From assembly GCA_028023455.1 (NCBI GenBank), contig JAQFVV010000007.1, positions 14,570,001 through 14,634,000 of the forward strand: a stretch of DNA of 64,000 nt. Direction: 5' to 3'. Below, piece by piece: positions 1 through 13,785 of the stretch (its first letter is position 1; each line of letters opens with the position of its first letter). The notes beneath the pieces were generated by a model, which did no database searches, was not told the origin of the DNA, and saw only the letters and a list, made by a program, of their open reading frames with translations. Both the position numbers and the translations under genes were made by a program. Source of the stretch: Epiperipatus broadwayi. Its lineage: Eukaryota; Animalia; Onychophora.

Positions 1-1027
1 TTATTTAATGTACATGTCAACAGCATTTAGCCAATTATAGATTGCACAGTAATGTAATTATTAGATACAAATCTAAATAAGCATTAAAAAAAATAATAAT
101 AATAAAATAAATAATACCAATAAAATAGAAAAACAATAAAATGCACAAATAAATAAAAAGGCAATATATCAAATAAAATCAAGGATAATATTTTTTATGA
201 GGACTTTAGTGAATTGTTTAAAATCCAAATTAAAAACATCATCATTACCAAAATATTTGTTATAAGTTCTAGGTAAACGAAATAAAAAGAAAAATTTTAA
301 TATATCAGATTTACAAATTTTCAGTTCAAAAACATTGTGAGTACGAGTGTTATAATTCTGTTTCTTAATACCTAAGTTAGAAAGCAAATTAGATACAGAA
401 ATATTCTGGGAGATGAATTTATGAAGAAGTTTGATATCTCTTGTTTTTCATCTCAGCAGTAAATCAACATAGTGTTCACTACCTAAACTATTTAATTTTG
501 CAAATTTGTCAAAAACAGACTGAATTCTTATGAAATCTGTCCTGTTATGAGGATTCCATATAATTGAACCATACTCCAATCCAGGAAGAACTAAGGATAT
601 AAAAAGTTTAATCTTTGTAAATTTATTAAATGCTTTTCCATATCTGTAAATAGCTCCTACAATTTTAAGAGATTTATTCACCATAAAATTAATGTGATTA
701 TGAAAAGATCCATTATTGGAAAATATTATTTCTAGATCTCTTTGATGATCATTTGTTATAATTTTAGAGTTTCCAATATAATAGGAAAACCTTAAGACTT
801 CAGATTTTCTAGAGTAAGAGACAATGGAGCACTTATTCATATTTATATCTATATAATTATATTCACACCAATTCAAAAAATTATCTATATCACTTTGAAG
901 AAAAAAACAGTCATTAATAGAATAAATATGCCTAAAAATTTTGCAATCATCTGCATAACATAGAAGATGTGAAAATTTAATGCATGTTTTAGGTCATCGA
1001 TGTATACATTAAATAATAAAGGTGCAG
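1..1027 (-). mobile_element. 5'-truncated, frameshifted CR1/L2/Jockey-group LINE (RT C-terminal half plus 3' UTR)
   Basis: Minus-strand translation across frameshifts gives APLLFNVYIDDL...LCYADDCKIF...LQSDIDNFLNWC...INMNKC...RDLEIIF...LEYGSIIWNPH, i.e. RT domains 4-7 and thumb. The fragment stops at the (AAT)n tract. The 3' limit at position 1 is approximate. Confidence 0.8.
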
Positions 1028-1028
1028 C

Positions 1029-1266
<238 letters not shown>

Positions 1267-1389
1267 TTAAGTGTGCTGAGAACAGCAATAGAGAAGCTGA
1301 GTGGATTAAAAATATATGATGGGTTAGCACCTTCGATGGCTAATTGTGCCTTTGTATTCATAGCACAATCAGAATAGAAAAATGATGAA

Positions 1390-1419
1390 TATATATATAT
1401 ATATAGATATATATATATG

Positions 1420-1452
<33 letters not shown>
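1390..1452. repeat. Interrupted (TA)n microsatellite
   Basis: Direct reading. Confidence 0.9.
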
Positions 1453-1455
<3 letters not shown>

Positions 1456-4363
1456 CAGATGGTATGCAAATGTATATATAATAATAAACATATAAGTTTA
1501 AATAATGTGATGTGTTTTTAGTTTAAAATTTAAAAAATACTACATCCAAAAAAATCTAATTTAATATATAAAATCTTTTTTTTCAGTTGATTCATATAAA
1601 AGTTCAATGGATTCAATACTTAGCTATTGTTTTGAAAACTTCATCATATAAACAGCCGACTCGAAAATGAGCACTTTTAACAAACTTAGTTCTCTGTATC
1701 TGTATTCATTTTTTCAGAAGATTACTGCTCTTATTGCACCTTTTATATATATGCGTGTGTGTTTGTTATGTGTATACAATGAACCCCATTAAAAAGATGA
1801 GTGCTGACTAATTCTTTCTCCTGGCTGTCTACAGCACCATCTCTAAATTAATGAATGTTACAGCATGTCATGCATTAACTATTCTACACCAATGTCTTAA
1901 GCCACTAGCAAATCAGGTTCATGAATTATAATATGAAATGTGATGGTGTGTTTAACACTTCAATCCACAATGGAGCAATGGGAAAACATTCAATTTTATT
2001 TTAAATTGGACAAAAATGAAACATTTGAAATAATTTAAATTGTAATGGTAGTAAAGCCATGTTTTGCAAGAATGTTTTCATATGGTTTTCAAAATTATAT
2101 GATGGCAAGGAGAGGATTGAAGACAACTAACAAAGGGCATGAAACATACTGTAACATATCAAGTATTAACTCATGATCTAAACACATTACCATCTTAAAA
2201 GTTTTGTAGTGAATAGTTAAATTGTTTTATTAAACCATACATTCATTTGTGAATGGCACGACAGGCTTGGAGAAAAAATGTTACCTTTTCACTAGGATAA
2301 ATTATATATATGACCAAATTCTTATAAAAAAATGCAAAAAAAGTTCAAAAGCAGTCCATCAATACAAAGTATAAATTCAGGATACAAACAATTCTTAGAG
2401 CTCGGATTATGTTTTTAGAATCAATCTATGATTTTGTTGCTTCCATTATTAACCAGCAATATATTTTTGAAAATATAGTGATTCCCCTTAGCTTTAAAGT
2501 CATGTTTTAATGTCATTTTGTCTATTCCTATATTTTATAGTGTTAAGCCTTGATAATGTCGCCTATCAAATAAAATCTTGTACATTCATGTGACATTTGA
2601 AAATATCAAAGGGGTAAATTCAATTGACAGTTTCATACTGTTAATCAATTTGTTGTTTTTTAGTTTTCTTAGCTGGAACTTGAATTACAGATATTTACTT
2701 TTGGACCATCACTTCCACCACTGGATTTTCTGGTTTAGTGCAGTTGTAGAGTATGGTGGATTCTGAAGCACAAGGTTTGAGAATTGTTTTTTTTTGTTCA
2801 TCATTTTCAAGTTCTCAAATATCTTAATAACTTCCACACAATAAACAATTTGACTATTACCACTGTGTTTAATATCCAGGACTTGCTATTAATTTATATC
2901 AATGTTTTAAATAGAATTAAGCTGGCTAATGACATTATTTTAAGAATTTAAGAGTTTGTTTTTAAATAACTTTCTCATGTAGAAGATTCATTAGCTATTG
3001 ACATATTTGTGGTTATTATAAACATAAGTTTCATTTCATTTATGCATGCTAATATCTCTTCCCTTTCAATGGTTCTTCACTTTGTTAGGTTTGAAACAAG
3101 AACTTATTACTTCTTGATTTAATGGAAGTTGGGGTATTAATTTTTCTTTTGCCAATAGATCATGAAATGATCAAAATTTTGATATTATTTAATTTCTGGA
3201 TAAATTGTAGCCAGGGTGTTCATATAAAAAGGCATGTAACTTTCAAGTCTCGAAAGTAGCAGAAATGTTAGTGAATTCTGACCTTTAGCTAAAGACCATT
3301 ATTCTAACCATGCATGAGATCATGCACTGTTCATTGTAAAGTATATAAATAAATAAAATATTTATTTTTATAATGATTGCTTTTAAAAGATTTCAATAAT
3401 TTGCAACTCTGACTAACATTGTTTTCTTAATAATAAATAATCTGAATGCCTTTTAGAGTAATAACAACTATATTGATTTCATCTTAAGAAAAATACAACA
3501 GAAATAAGTTTTTACATATGTATTGCTTTTATGTCTCTCACTTAAATAATAACACGTTAAGTATTTTTTATAAACAATTTAAAGATGCAGATTTTGAAAA
3601 ACACAAGTTATATAAACCTTTTAAATTTAATTATATATATTTTAAAAAGTTTCGTCTTATTGTCCATTGGAAAATTTGAATTTTAACTCTTGAAATTCTG
3701 TTTGCATAACGCGATTTTCAATTTTCTTAGTACATCGCTATTCCATTTTTCTAAACACATAATCTTTTTGAATGTCCTTTACACTCAGCAAAGCCGTTAA
3801 TCATTTTTCACTTTTAGTTTTAATGATCTAAATTTCAATTTTAAAGTCACACACACACGCTTATACATATGCACTTAAAACAGAACAATTTGGCGGCATA
3901 CATTAAATTTGGGGTTTTGGTAAATAAATAGTTATCATTAAAGGTATATATATATATATCATCCCCACGCCTTAACCCTTCAGTAATATCCAGAGCTTTT
4001 TCTTTCATTTATGACATTCAAAATATTTGGTTCAACCACCTCAAATTATATTATTTTACAATATTTCTCATTTCTTAAGTGTCCAATTAACAATATACTT
4101 CTTTTTGAAGTCCTTTTTTAATGTATCCTTTGTTGTTACTTCTATGTCTTTTTCACCAGGAACTTTTGTGGTGCTTGCAGTCAGGGGATTATTTGTGGAT
4201 CTAGATATATGTATGATTAAAACAAATAAGTTTCATTAATTACTTCATTAATTTGTAATTAATAATACGCAGATGCGTTGCGGTGAAACTTTTCTAAATA
4301 ACAATTTATGTAGGCTTAGCGCTTTCAGAGTTTGCTTATTTTTAAAAAATACAATACTAATTC

Positions 4364-4602
4364 TAATATTTAAACAGCATTAAACTATTGCACATGCGCT
4401 TTGAATTTTAACTATAAAATGAATGAATACTAACACTTCAAACACATGATAAAGTCTTTGGAAAAGATAGAATTGGATAAGACAGAATGGCCATTCTATC
4501 TTTTCCAAAGACTTTATCATGTGTTTGAAGTGTTAGTATTCATTCATTTTATAGTTTAAATCCAAAGTGCATGTACAACAGTTTAATGCTGTTTAAATAT
4601 TA
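4364..4602. repeat. Foldback inverted repeat, ~110-bp arms and ~19-nt loop
   Basis: Left arm TAATATTTAAACAGCATTAAACT...GGAAAAGATAGAAT is the near-perfect reverse complement of right arm ATTCTATCTTTTCC...ATGCTGTTTAAATATTA. Confidence 0.92.
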
Positions 4603-5603
4603 CAGTTTATAAAAAAACACCGTGTGCTATATAAAATAATTGACTTATTTAAATACTAATTCTACTAATGCAATGTGTTTATTATTATTTTGATCATCTT
4701 CATTCTCTCACTGCTATCAAGAAACCTCTCAAACCATTTGAAACAGTGCTTGTGATTCATGGCTTCATAGCCATACAAAGTTTGAATCATTTCAAATGTT
4801 TCTGTAGAAATTTTTCCACCCTTAAAATGAATTTAATGTTTGTATACTATTCCATTATGGGTTATTGAAAACTTATATCATGGAACACACCATCACACTT
4901 CATGTTATAACTTGTAATCCAAATAAGATTGGACCTTTAAATTTGTGTGGTAAACAATTTAAACTATATTCCAATAAAAATAACATACATTAATTCTTAG
5001 ATGCCATTGTTAAGCAATTTAAATAGAGGATCAAGTGTTAGTTATCTTTCCATTAGGACACATTGCATACATAAATTAAACTTTTTAAAGAAAGTTACTT
5101 CCTCTTGTCTACAGAAAATTTGGATTTTAAGTAAGCATTGCAAATATTTGTTTACATTTAAGACAGATCTTTAATTGTCTTTTTAAATCTATCATTGTTT
5201 TATAATGGGGCAAACACTCTTACCTACTTCTCCAGTTTTATTTTGAATCACTATTCAGTCTTTAACAAGCTCTTAACATTGTTTTCTATTAGAATACTGA
5301 TTTTCAAACTGAGTAAATTTAATCTTTCTCTATGAGCATTGACAGACAATCTGACAGGGATAGTTACACAAGTATAACTCTTTTAAAAGGAAAAGCAACT
5401 CAGTCTAATAATTTTTATCAAATTGACATTGAACAGTTCATTTTTCAGAAGCAAAATCATAACTTGAACAATCAACAACTTTTAATTTTCAAGACTCTTT
5501 CAAGAACAATTTATACTTTTCATTTTGTCACCTGTCTCCAATATCAGTACCAATTCTAATTCAAAACTTTTTTATCTTTACATTATAATCATCCCCTATG
5601 TCT

Positions 5604-7500
5604 TGCATGGCTTGATGCATAAGTATACTGGAATATCAGGAGCTCAAGATCTACAAAGTATGGCTTTGCCATATCCCTTATAATACTTGAATTTATTATG
5701 AACTCCTAAATAAAAAATATTCAATTACATCAGTCTTTCTGAGTTCCCAGCATACTTTGCTTCAGTGGTAGAGTGGCTGATTCTGGAGCCCAAGGTCCAT
5801 GAATCACAACTAGCTCTGTCACTTCTTATGAACTCCTGAATAATAAGCCATTCAGCATGCTTTGCTGCAGTGAAGGAGTGGCAGGCTCTGAAACTCAAGG
5901 TCCATTAAACTTCTTATGAATTCCAATCATTCAATTACTATATTTTTTCTGAATTTCCAGCATGCTTTGTTGCAGTGGAAGAGTGTCAGACTCTTGAGCT
6001 CAAAGTCTATGGATCACAGCCCAACTCTTTTACTGCTGATGCTTGAACTTCTTATGAACTCCTGAATAATAAACCACTCAATTATTATATTCTTTCTGAG
6101 TTTCCAGCATTATTTGCTGCAGTGGTAGACTGACAGACTCTGGAGCTCAAGGTCCATGGGTTACAGCCCAGCTCTTTTACTTCTGATGCTTGAACTTCTT
6201 ATGACCTCCTGAATAATAAACAATTCAATTACTATCTTTTTTCTGACTTCCCAGCATGCTTTGTTGAATTGGTAGAGTGGCAGATTCTGGAGCTCAAGAT
6301 CTATATCACAGTCCAGATTCATGACTTCTGATACTCAAATTTCTTATGACTTACTGAATAATAAACCACTCAATTATTGTATTTCTTCTGAGTTCCCAGC
6401 ATGTTTTTCTGTAATGGTAGAGTGGTAGAATATCAGCAACTGTAACTGGAGACTCATGAATCATGACCCAGTTTTATTACTTCTGGTTTTCATGAATTTA
6501 TCATATACTTCTGAGTATAAATCATTTAATTACTTTTATTTATTCCTATATTTAAAAATATTTTCACAAACAATTGAATAAGGAAAAGAAATTACCTAAC
6601 AGCCTTACTGTAATAAGAAAAATGTATTGTAATACTGAAAAGAACAAAGACATTGATTAAATACATTCAGCAGAAAAATCGCTTCATCAAAATCCGTAGA
6701 AAGGAGTAAAATAGCAACAGTACAATAAAGTAAAATGAAAAGGGAGAAAAGTAATATATACATATATGATTCAATTACTATTTTCTTTCTGAGTTCACAG
6801 CATGCTTTGCTGCAGTGGTAGAGTGGCAGACTGGGGAATTCACAATCCATGAATTGTTGCCCAGCTCTGTTACTTCTGTGAACTTCTTATGAACTCCTAA
6901 ATAACAAACCATTCCATTACTATATTCTGAGTTCCCAGCATGCTTTGCTGCAAGAGTAGAGTGGCAGACTCTGAGTTCAAAGTCCATGGATTATAGACCA
7001 GCTCTGTCCTTCTGATGTTTGAACTTCTTATGAACTCTTGAATAATAAGCCATTCAATTACTACATTCTTTCTGAGTTCCCAGCATGCTTTGCAACAGTG
7101 GTAGAGTGTCACACTCTGGAGCTCAAGGTCCATGGATCACATCCAAGCTCTGTCACTTCTGATTCTTGAAATTCTTATGAACTCCTGAATAATAAACATT
7201 CAATTACAACATTCTTCCTGAGTTCCTAATATGCTTTGCTGCAATGAGAATGAGAGGCCCTGGAGCTCAAGGTCTATGGATTGCACCCCAGCTCTGTCAC
7301 TTCTGATGCTTGAACTTCTTTTGAACTCCTGAATAATAAACCATTCAATTTCTGCACTCTTTTTTTAGTTCCAAGCATGCTTTGCTGCAGTGGTAAAGTG
7401 GCTTACTCTGGAGATCAAAGCCCATGTGTCAAAGCCCAGCTCTGTCACTTCTGATGCTTGGAAGTTTTTATGAATTCCAAAGCAATAAAGAATTTGATTA
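5604..7500 (+). repeat. Tandem array of ~12 diverged tRNA-derived (SINE-like) units, period mostly 145-147 bp
   Basis: Unit marker CATGCTTTGCTGCAGTGGTAGAGTGGCAGACTCTGGAGCTCAAGGTCC recurs at about 5751, 5857, 5961, 6108, 6255, 6400, 6801, 6939, 7084, 7230 and 7376, with a degenerate unit near 5604. An unrelated stretch interrupts at about 6540-6770. The head aligns by eye to the D-arm through T-arm of eukaryotic tRNA-Tyr-like sequences. Confidence 0.85.
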
Positions 7501-10500
7501 TTTTTACATTATTGTCTCTACATCTTTCATATTAATCAGCTCTACTATTTGGTCTGTAGCATCACATATTTCAGATCCTGGTCCATCTTTTCCTAATAAT
7601 TAAGGTTTCTAATTTGCTTTATATTGTAATTCTTATTCTTTATGCATTTTTTTTTATGTTATGCACTTTCTAATCAAATCAGAACCATTTTATGCATATA
7701 ATTGTTTTATAAAATCTGCTTTTATTACCATTAAATTATAAGGAAGATATATATATAACATAAACAATATCATTAAATGTTGATAATTCTGGATTTTATG
7801 CCATGTTTTTTAATGTTCATTTTTGTATATAATCTTTTTATAGACCAAAAAATAATTACAGAATGTAACCCTTCAAACAAAATTAATTTATCTATTTATA
7901 AAGTATGGTTAATAAAGTTACTAAATACCAGACAAATATTTCTTAAAGTTCCACTTGCAAAGTATATCAATGTGATTATATATTAAACTTTTGAATGGCA
8001 GTAATATTAAAAATAGACACGTCAAAATGTTGAAATGTATATAAATGCATAAATGTCCGTAGCCTAGAAATGATTACAAATATTAAGAAGAGTGCAGTAG
8101 AAAAATACAATCATCATTGTAAAGCTAAAAAAAGATTGGAAAAAATTTCTTGGTATTTACTTTTATTCTTCATGTAAGTGCACATGTTTCTATATATACT
8201 TGCATATCTTGAAGTCTTAGCAAAGTCAAATCACAACGGTTCTTCAAAATCAATAGATCAAAATGGACATAGGTATAGTAATGCTGGTGATAATCCAACC
8301 TTGTATTTTTCTGAATTTTAAATATAAATTAAATCGATGTTGGTTATTTATTCAATTATAATCTAAAAAGCCTAAAATCATTTAATGTATTTATATATAC
8401 ATCTTGCTTGTAAATTGTCTTAGTAATATATTCGAACTTGTTTGTCCTTGAAATAATTGTGTATGTATTTTTGCGTGTTATCTTACTTGACTCGATCTAT
8501 GCATATGAAAATACGAAAATCCTTAATAATGTTTATACTTAGTGTACTTTACACCCATCTAGGCTGTTAGAATGTAAAAAAAAAAAAAAATGGATTCGTT
8601 TTACTTTTGGTTCTTGATAGTTTCTTATAATTTTACGACGTACTAATTTATTAATATATTTTCTACTCTTAGAACTTAATAAATTAAAACTTAGAGAATA
8701 AATTTACAGATAAAGAACTAAATTTAAAATAATATATTTACGTAACTACTAAATATTATTTATCATTATTTATTTTACATCTATTTTTAGAAAAATGTAA
8801 AAATATTAGTTCAATTTCTGAAAGATATTCCAAGTAGCATAATTACTCGCGAACTTTGCCCAAAAGATTTCTTAAGGCAATTCAAACTGAAATCGATTAA
8901 TAAAAGTTTGAAACATATTGATTATAAAAATGATTCTTCTAAACTTTTGACATTTTATAATCTGTCAAAATTTCAATTCTCCACACTTTTTGCTTTTTAT
9001 TATAATTTCTTTTTTTTTTTTTAAAAAAAAAAAAAAAAGTAATATAAATAATGATGGCAATTTATACATGTTATGTTCTTTTACATGTAAATCCAGAATC
9101 GGGTTTATAATTAAGTGAATCTAAGTGAATCGCCTAAGGGTACTATGTCTTGAGATTAGTGAGGAAATCAAATTTGAACAGTTTGAAATTAGGAAATAAT
9201 TTTATTATAATTATTTTTAATTTTGTACCACCATAACTTTTCGGTGCGAATATCTCAAATATAGTGAAAAAAATTAATCATATTTATTCAATTAATAATA
9301 TACTGTATTGCTTTCTGTATCTAATAAATAAATTATAAGTAATCTTCTAAGGAATTCTGAAAATTGGATTGCGATTAGAAGGATTTTTATAACACACAAA
9401 GGATAATAATGATTTATTTAATTACATGTTATAAAAAATTTCCTGAACTGTATTGTTGCAATATGTTTCTAATTTTATCTATAAATTTTAAATCCAGGTC
9501 ATTGTTTTCTAACAACTTCACAGTTTTCTCGTTTAGTGAGTTTTTGGACATTGGTATATTGGCAAGTTCTGAAACTTAATTAAGATCATGTAATTCAAAG
9601 CTTATTTTTGACACTTACCCTTATTCTTTTTATGAACTCTCTAGCAGTAAACCATTTGATTATTTATAGCTTTAAAAAATATATAGTGCCTTTTCCTCAA
9701 GAGTTCAATTGTATCTTGAGATTTTCTTATGTAACCATGACTATGGTTGTTGTATGTAAGCAGCATTTCCCGTCAATTATAAGAAATGCTAATGGATTTA
9801 GATATAATGTAAGAGTGCTGAATATCTATCAATACTCATTAAAAATATATATAATTTACAAATAAAGTTTAAAAATATATAAATATAAGTTAGTTATTTT
9901 AAAATGGTCTATAGTATATACCTTAGACTACCTTAATTACTTGAATGAAATTGATATATACAACTTTCTGTTAAGATGGGTTATCTAATGATGATAGATA
10001 CTATACCTCAATATAATGTCTATTTTCAAGTCTTTTTTTTTGTCCTACTGTAATCATTTTGAATCATTGACTTCCTATACATCATCAATAATTTATTTTT
10101 TTCTTTTAACATCCACATACGCTTTTAAAACTTTCATTAATCATTATTTTGTATTTATGTATATGCACAGAACAATCTTTTTAGCATTTATAATTTCTTC
10201 AATAAAAAAGGTACTTTTCTCCCTTTTTAAAACACTTCATTATACAGATTCTGGTACTTACTTTTTAGATCTGCTACATCTTTTCACATTTGTATGATAG
10301 CTTTCTACTTATGTGATCTGACCAAATAAAGTGTACATTGTAATTTGTACAAACTTAAATGCAAGATTTACAAAGTTATCTGCAGTCTGAATACATATAT
10401 GGAAAGGCTAGAAGCTTTAATACATTATATTAAATGCACCAGACTAAATCAGAAAAATATCTTTTTAAAAATACTAAAAATATATTTTTAAAAATATGAA

Positions 10501-10889
10501 AAATATAAATTTCACACAAAAAGTAGTAGTTGTGATATGGCATTATGCAATTGCCAAATGTTACTTTAAATATGGATATTTAAACCTGTCATAAAATTAC
10601 AAAGCATTCACTAAAGCAAAATTGGCAAATAATAATAATAAAACTAAAGCATTACTATGTTTATATTTAAAATATTAGCATGTCTAAATATTATATCCAA
10701 AATATTATGTGCATATCTGGCATGAAATTACAAAATGCTTAAAATGAAAACATACTTACCATGTAATATAAAACAGGAATTGTCATGATGGTGAAACAGT
10801 CTTTCATCTGTTCTACTTTATTTTGAAGTGGATAATATTTTGTTCCAAAATGGAGCCTTAAAGCAATTTTTTTAAAAATGGAGACTTAC

Positions 10890-11300
10890 ATAATATGTGA
10901 TTCACATGAAAATAGTCAGTAATCAATAGCTCATAATTCAGCAGTTTCATAGGCCTTCCAACAGTCTGAATAAATTTTTCTCTTCCACATTCCATTTGAT
11001 GACTTCCATAAGAATTGCTGCAGTTCTATCATAAATAATTATGAAGAAACACTTGTCAGTCTCCCTGCACAAGCCATCAAACATCTACTCTTCCAGAAGA
11101 ATTTGTCTAGCTTGTTTTTTTTTTCTTTTTGTGCAAAAGGCTCTTGTCAATTTCAATGTTTTTGTTAAATCCTCCAATTTTGCATTTTTCTCTGCTAAAT
11201 AAAGTCTGTTTTCTCCCATTCTGTAGATGTTAGTTTGTGAACCCAGCTGTATATAAATTGGATCATCATCAAAAATAAAATTCTGGAACCCACCAACCAT
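10890..11300 (-). pseudogene. Merlin-family (IS1016/ISXO2-like) DDE transposase fossil
   Basis: Minus-strand reading KRKKKQARQILLEE*MFDGLCRETDKCFFIIIYDRTAAILMEVIKW, then after a frameshift YSDCWKAY and HVNH. This matches the Merlin pattern KRKY.RGR....WVFGG.ERET.KCF.....DR.A.TL..II...SDCWKAY...VNH. Contains a stop in place of W and a frameshift. Confidence 0.75.
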
Positions 11301-12109
11301 GTTCCCTTATGAAGGCCTATTTTATTATTACATACTTAAATGTTACAATGTTATTGCATGTCCAAAGTATGGATGTACTTAACCACATTGATCTCAGTAG
11401 TAGGTAAACTCCAAATGTTGCATCATTTTTTGCTATTTAAAAATATATAATATTAATTACAAAATGGAAAAATAAATCAGCACTGAAGTAAAAAAACACT
11501 TTGAGAGGAAATTGTCTGAATGAAATCTAGACAATAAATATTAAAGTATAAATTTAACACATTATTGGATGAGAACACTGGGTTTATTTGACAGGATCAC
11601 AAGATTAGACTTTTATCATGAATGTGAAAAGACATAGCATATCTTTTACATTGCAGATCTAGCAAGGATGTATCCAATTTTTTTTTCAACCCAAATTTTT
11701 AATCCTTCTCCCAATTTCCATCTTTAAGATCTCCAATCTATTCATCTCCTCTTTCAATTATAATGCTTAATGAAGTGATAATGAAGAAAAAAGTGAAAAA
11801 GTTAAAAAATAATATGACAGTTAATTATCTATGTAAACTTATTTTGTAACAATTATTACTACAAATAATTTTTGTGGTTTTTATTCATGAATATCATACT
11901 CCACTATATCACAATTCTTCACCAAAACTGAAATAAATAACTATCTCTGAATATGAATGCATTTTATGCATAGCCTCTTTTTAAGCAAACAAGACATTAA
12001 CACCTGAATATACATATCCATACTATCATCTCAATAACTTCCACTATACCATTTTCATGCAAGATAAGATCATCCCCAAAAGTAATATGGTGTGGAGCTT
12101 CTGGTGGTG

Positions 12110-12290
12110 ATGCTGTAAGCCATAGTAATCAATGGATGCTATAAAGTTTGTGAATAAAATCCCTATCTAGTACCTAATCATCCAATATATTCAGATTAGT
12201 TTCTACTTGTGGATTTGTGAGCACTGCACCTAGAGTTTTGAATCTAATGCAATCTTCCAGCAGCCACTTTTTACCTACTTAGTTAACTTT
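12110..12290 (-). mobile_element. Degenerate copy of hammerhead-bearing repeat family C (CUGAUGA core lost)
   Basis: Shares GTAATCAATGGATGC, AAAATCCCTATCTAGT, TAGTTTCTA and GAGCACTGCACCTA with the 55.7-kb and 32.0-kb copies. Shorter fragments lie near 12525-12590, 26040-26200 and 41165-41240. Confidence 0.7.
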
Positions 12291-13185
12291 AAAGCTAGAG
12301 CCCAAAATGGAAATACATTAATGTTTTCAATCCAAGCTAATTCACTTGTACAATCAGGCAGACCTGGACCAGGTTTAGTATTTGTGAATTTTAGTGTCTT
12401 GGGTATTTTAATAACCATAGCCACCATTATCCCATGGGTAGGATTGGTATTAAATCACTAAAACATCACATGGTCACCAATTCTTATGCTACCTCAAGTT
12501 GTTCAAACAATAGCAAACTGTTCCTTTAGTAATGCCACCCAGTCCAAGCCATGGTAATCAATGGATGCAAGAAGATTTGTTTTTATTTCCAGATCGTTTG
12601 AAGATGGATATTTTTTAAAGTGACATTCAGTTAAAACTGAGGATGCACTGATAAAAACAAAAGTGTGAAAATGTCATACTATAGGTTTAAGAAGTTAAAA
12701 TCATTTAAGTAGAATATATATATACACAAACATTTCTAATTTGGCTAATTTTAAAAAAAAAAATACTGCATATATATAAATGTGCACACATACATTTACA
12801 GTAATATTATTTCTTGTCTTGATATAAATATCAGAAATCTTCTAAAATACTGTCAAGTTATCCTCTATAAGTCTGAAATGTATCAACATGATTTATTAAA
12901 TATAAATTTGATCAAATATACAATGTAACATTGTGATTTCACCAATTCAATGAATACTTTGCTGGTTGAAGTCTTATAAATTAGACCTATGGAAACTACA
13001 TTAAATTGTATTAAGACTTTGAGATCCAGATATTAACTTATAGCTCATTTGGATCTGGAAATGCCTTTTGTGTAACTTTCTATTGAGCAAAAGTCTTTTC
13101 GATAACTCTCAAAGACAAACATCACAGAGGGTATTACTCATGAATGCAAATAAGTGAAATTTTGTTATGCTTTAGTTTAAAATGT

Positions 13186-13216
<31 letters not shown>

Positions 13217-13697
13217 GATAAGCCATTAATTATATTGTTAATTATTTTCATTATCATTCCAGAATTTATTTGTACTTATTTCCAAAAAATAATAAGAATT
13301 AAAGGTCTTATGATTTCATTTGGTTAAATAAATAATTATTCTGCTATTTTGTTGTTTTTTTTTATTTTTTTATTCGTCTGTCCATCATTTAAACATTACG
13401 AATATTACTAACAATCGACAATCTCAATATGTTGCCAAGACAACCTCCTTTTAACAATAAAAATGGAAATTCATCTTTATTTATATTTAAATATGTTTAT
13501 ATAGGCCTAAAAATTGCAACTTGACCACAGAAAATAAAATTATTGATATATATATATTGTGTGTGTATGCACGCTTTTCTGTTTATATATATACATAGTT
13601 GGGATAGAATAGAATTGAAATAAGAGATGAACTAATAAAAAACAAAAAAATTGAAAATATAAACTTTGTCAGACTCATACATTCACACACTCACACA

Positions 13698-13700
<3 letters not shown>

Positions 13701-13783
<83 letters not shown>
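13701..13783. repeat. (CA)n(TA)n compound microsatellite
   Basis: Direct reading. Confidence 0.95.

Positions 13784-13785
<2 letters not shown>

Noticed and set aside
5604-7500. Regularly spaced repeats as a CRISPR array or as functional tRNA genes
   Set aside because: Whole units are homologous with no unique spacers, there are no cas genes, and the context is eukaryotic. Cloverleaf stems do not pair.
10750-10890. Two strong minus-strand splice-donor-like sites (GTAAGT) suggesting a host exon
   Set aside because: They lie at the edge of the Merlin fossil, with no open frame or matching acceptor to support an exon.
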